DNA from: a virus
Taxonomy: Duplodnaviria; Caudoviricetes
Virus record (IMG/VR): IMGVR_UViG_3300027823_000007
Location: 1 to 62,595 of that record
Strand: one strand, 5' to 3'
DNA: 62,595 nt
How positions within the stretch are numbered: position 1 is the stretch's first letter; each line of letters begins with the position of its first letter. The translations under genes and the position numbers were made by a program. The notes below the pieces were generated by a model. It saw nothing but the letters and a program-made list of their open reading frames with translations, was not told the origin of the DNA and did no database searches. Positions 61,045 to 62,595 of the stretch are shown one piece after another.

Positions 61045-61347
61045 ATGAGTAAAGCAATCCCGATCGCCCCAAACAAACACGGGCGATACTATGTCAACAT
61101 ACCGCCGTACTATCTGTATATGCTGGCAATCGAAGCTTGGCTAAAAGGACGATCGCTACCAGAAGAGGCAGGATCTCTTTTATGCTCTAAACTAGGGGAG
61201 CGTGAAGGCAAACGGGTAGAGATGCTAGCACTACTTGCAGAAAGAATGGGCATCACGCCGCAGGCTCTCAGAGATGGCATTATGAACGGCTCGATCGCGA
61301 CCGACCTCACCTATACCGATACTGAAGAGCCAACCGACACCGAATAG
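61045..61347 (+). CDS. Small putative regulator, divergent from the ATPase cluster
   Basis: GAGGAG RBS; LAERMGITP; downstream terminator. Confidence 0.55.
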   Translation: MSKAIPIAPNKHGRYYVNIPPYYLYMLAIEAWLKGRSLPEEAGSLLCSKLGEREGKRVEMLALLAERMGITPQALRDGIMNGSIATDLTYTDTEEPTDTE

Positions 61348-61393
61348 CCACAAAAAAGCCTCTAACCATTCCTGGTAGAGGCTTTTTTGTGGC
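61347..61393. terminator. Bidirectional terminator
   Basis: GCCACAAAAAAGCCTCTA...TAGAGGCTTTTTTGTGGC. Confidence 0.8.
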
Positions 61394-61410
61394 TATTCCC
61401 AACACTGGGA

Positions 61411-61797
61411 TTAATCTTTGCTGGCGATCGGGCGATCGGCTGCTGATGAAATTGGTTCATCCGACCGATAAAACTCAACTGCTTTGGTAACTGCTAAGTC
61501 CTGTTTCATACCGCGTTCGATAAGCTTAGCAGCGTGACCCTCGATCCGGTATTGCTTGACCTGATCAGCCGTGATACGATTTACCAGGTGATGAGCATTT
61601 ACTAATTCTTTAGGAGTGTAGCGGTTATATCTTGCTTCTAGTTCCTGTGTCCAATCCATGAAGCGATCCTCAGACCAATTTTCCTCAATATCTCTGGTCA
61701 CGCCGTCAAAAATATCAGCACCTAAAGCGGCCGGAAATCCTTTCTCGACAAACTGAATTTGTACCACAATCCGAGTCTGAGCTAATAATGCTGTCAT
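61411..61797 (-). CDS. Hypothetical early protein
   Basis: ORF downstream of a minus-strand TGGTATAGTATACTATAAT promoter. Confidence 0.6.
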   Translation of the reverse strand: MTALLAQTRIVVQIQFVEKGFPAALGADIFDGVTRDIEENWSEDRFMDWTQELEARYNRYTPKELVNAHHLVNRITADQVKQYRIEGHAAKLIERGMKQDLAVTKAVEFYRSDEPISSAADRPIASKD

Positions 61798-61977
61798 TGT
61801 TTTTTGCTTTTCAATAGTCTCATTATAGTATACTATACCAACTCACAGAAACAGGAAAATCAGGATAAGTTTTCGGGTCACTCCCAACACTGGGATTAAT
61901 CTTTGCGCGCGATCGTCCTGTCGCTGACAAGAAAAAACCCGCGCGGGGCGGGTTAGCTGTTGCGGGCGATCGGGCGG

Positions 61978-62193
61978 TTAGCTGTTATAGAACGTGCTAC
62001 CCGCTGCGATTTTTCGGTTTACTCTGCACAGATGAGCGTAGGCAGTTCTTACAACGTAGTGTCCCCGGTTAAAATGTAAAGGATATTTAAAGACTTCTTT
62101 AACAGAGCGTCCGGTAGCTTTATCAATCAAAATATACGTTTCTCGCATCTGATGATCCTGTAAATTTCTAGGTTGGGGTGTGTGCTTAGCCAT
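61978..62193 (-). CDS. Hypothetical early protein
   Basis: ORF downstream of a minus-strand TGGTATAATATAATAAG promoter. Confidence 0.5.
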   Translation of the reverse strand: MAKHTPQPRNLQDHQMRETYILIDKATGRSVKEVFKYPLHFNRGHYVVRTAYAHLCRVNRKIAAGSTFYNS

Positions 62194-62500
62194 TTGATTT
62201 TTTACTTTACTTTGTTTGCTTATTATATTATACCATAGTATCCTGAGGTTTCCGGTGATTTTTAAAGATTTTATTCGCGCCCGATCGCCCGCCCCGATCG
62301 CCCCGCGCTTCCCAACACTGGGATTAATCTTTAAGCCCGATCGCACTTAATACTACGTTTTGTAATATACGTATACTACAAAATAACCTCTCAAGATTTC
62401 CCGATCGTCCCGCGCTTGCAACCTTTGTTCTGTGGGGATTTTGGGGTGTCATACATGGTGCTATAATATATACAACTATGACGTTTAGATTTGACTAGCT

Positions 62501-62595
62501 ATGGCAGGAACTGCAAAATATCCGGTTAATTGCCCACAATGTTTGATTAGCGATCGAGTCGTTAGAAAAGGTCTTTATGCTCCCGCTGGGGATGG
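62501..62595 (+). CDS. Partial InsA-like Zn-ribbon ORF running off the window
   Basis: MAGTAKYPVNCPQCLISDRVVRKG; TGCTATAAT upstream. Confidence 0.45.
   Translation, partial: MAGTAKYPVNCPQCLISDRVVRKGLYAPAGD

Larger units (their letters stand above)
139..62323. repeat. Genome-wide dispersed palindrome WWTCCCA-N4-TGGGAWW (about 36 exact copies)
   Basis: Manual count; examples at 139, 3838, 3937, 5531, 8208, 13793, 16759, 27827, 36605, 43009, 50639, 57903 and 62310. Confidence 0.95.

Noticed and set aside
139-62323. Dispersed palindrome as intrinsic terminator or integron attC
   Set aside because: No U-tracts, separate true terminators often lie next to it, there are no attC R/L boxes and no integron integrase.
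62501-62595. Circular join or IS1 element at the window end
   Set aside because: No terminal repeat seen; reading into position 1 does not supply the second CxxC, and no IS inverted repeat or insB is visible.

Overview
The window looks like most or all of the genome of a contractile-tailed (P2/Mu-like myovirus) cyanobacterial phage, probably a phage-plasmid. The host inference rests on very dense HIP1 GCGATCGC/CGATCG motifs and cyanobacterial-type tnpB genes. It encodes a plasmid-type primase-helicase replicase, an SF2 helicase, C5 and Dam methyltransferases, a ParB-N protein fused to an apparently inactive adenine MTase, terminase, portal, prohead protease, capsid, sheath, tube, a frameshifting tail chaperone, tape measure, baseplate and fibre genes. 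It also carries two tnpB genes with no visible tnpA or left end, several antirepressor-like genes and a membrane FtsK/coupling-like ATPase cluster. I found no integrase, tRNA or CRISPR array. The non-coding architecture is the unusual part: about 36 exact copies of TCCCA-N4-TGGGA, seven ~105-bp origin-like repeats, and a compound satellite locus. There are also orphan arrays of sequence units that mirror the hypervariable internal segments of antirepressor-like genes, which is my best candidate for an undescribed system. All protein calls come from motif recognition by eye, with no database searches, and repeat counts are manual.
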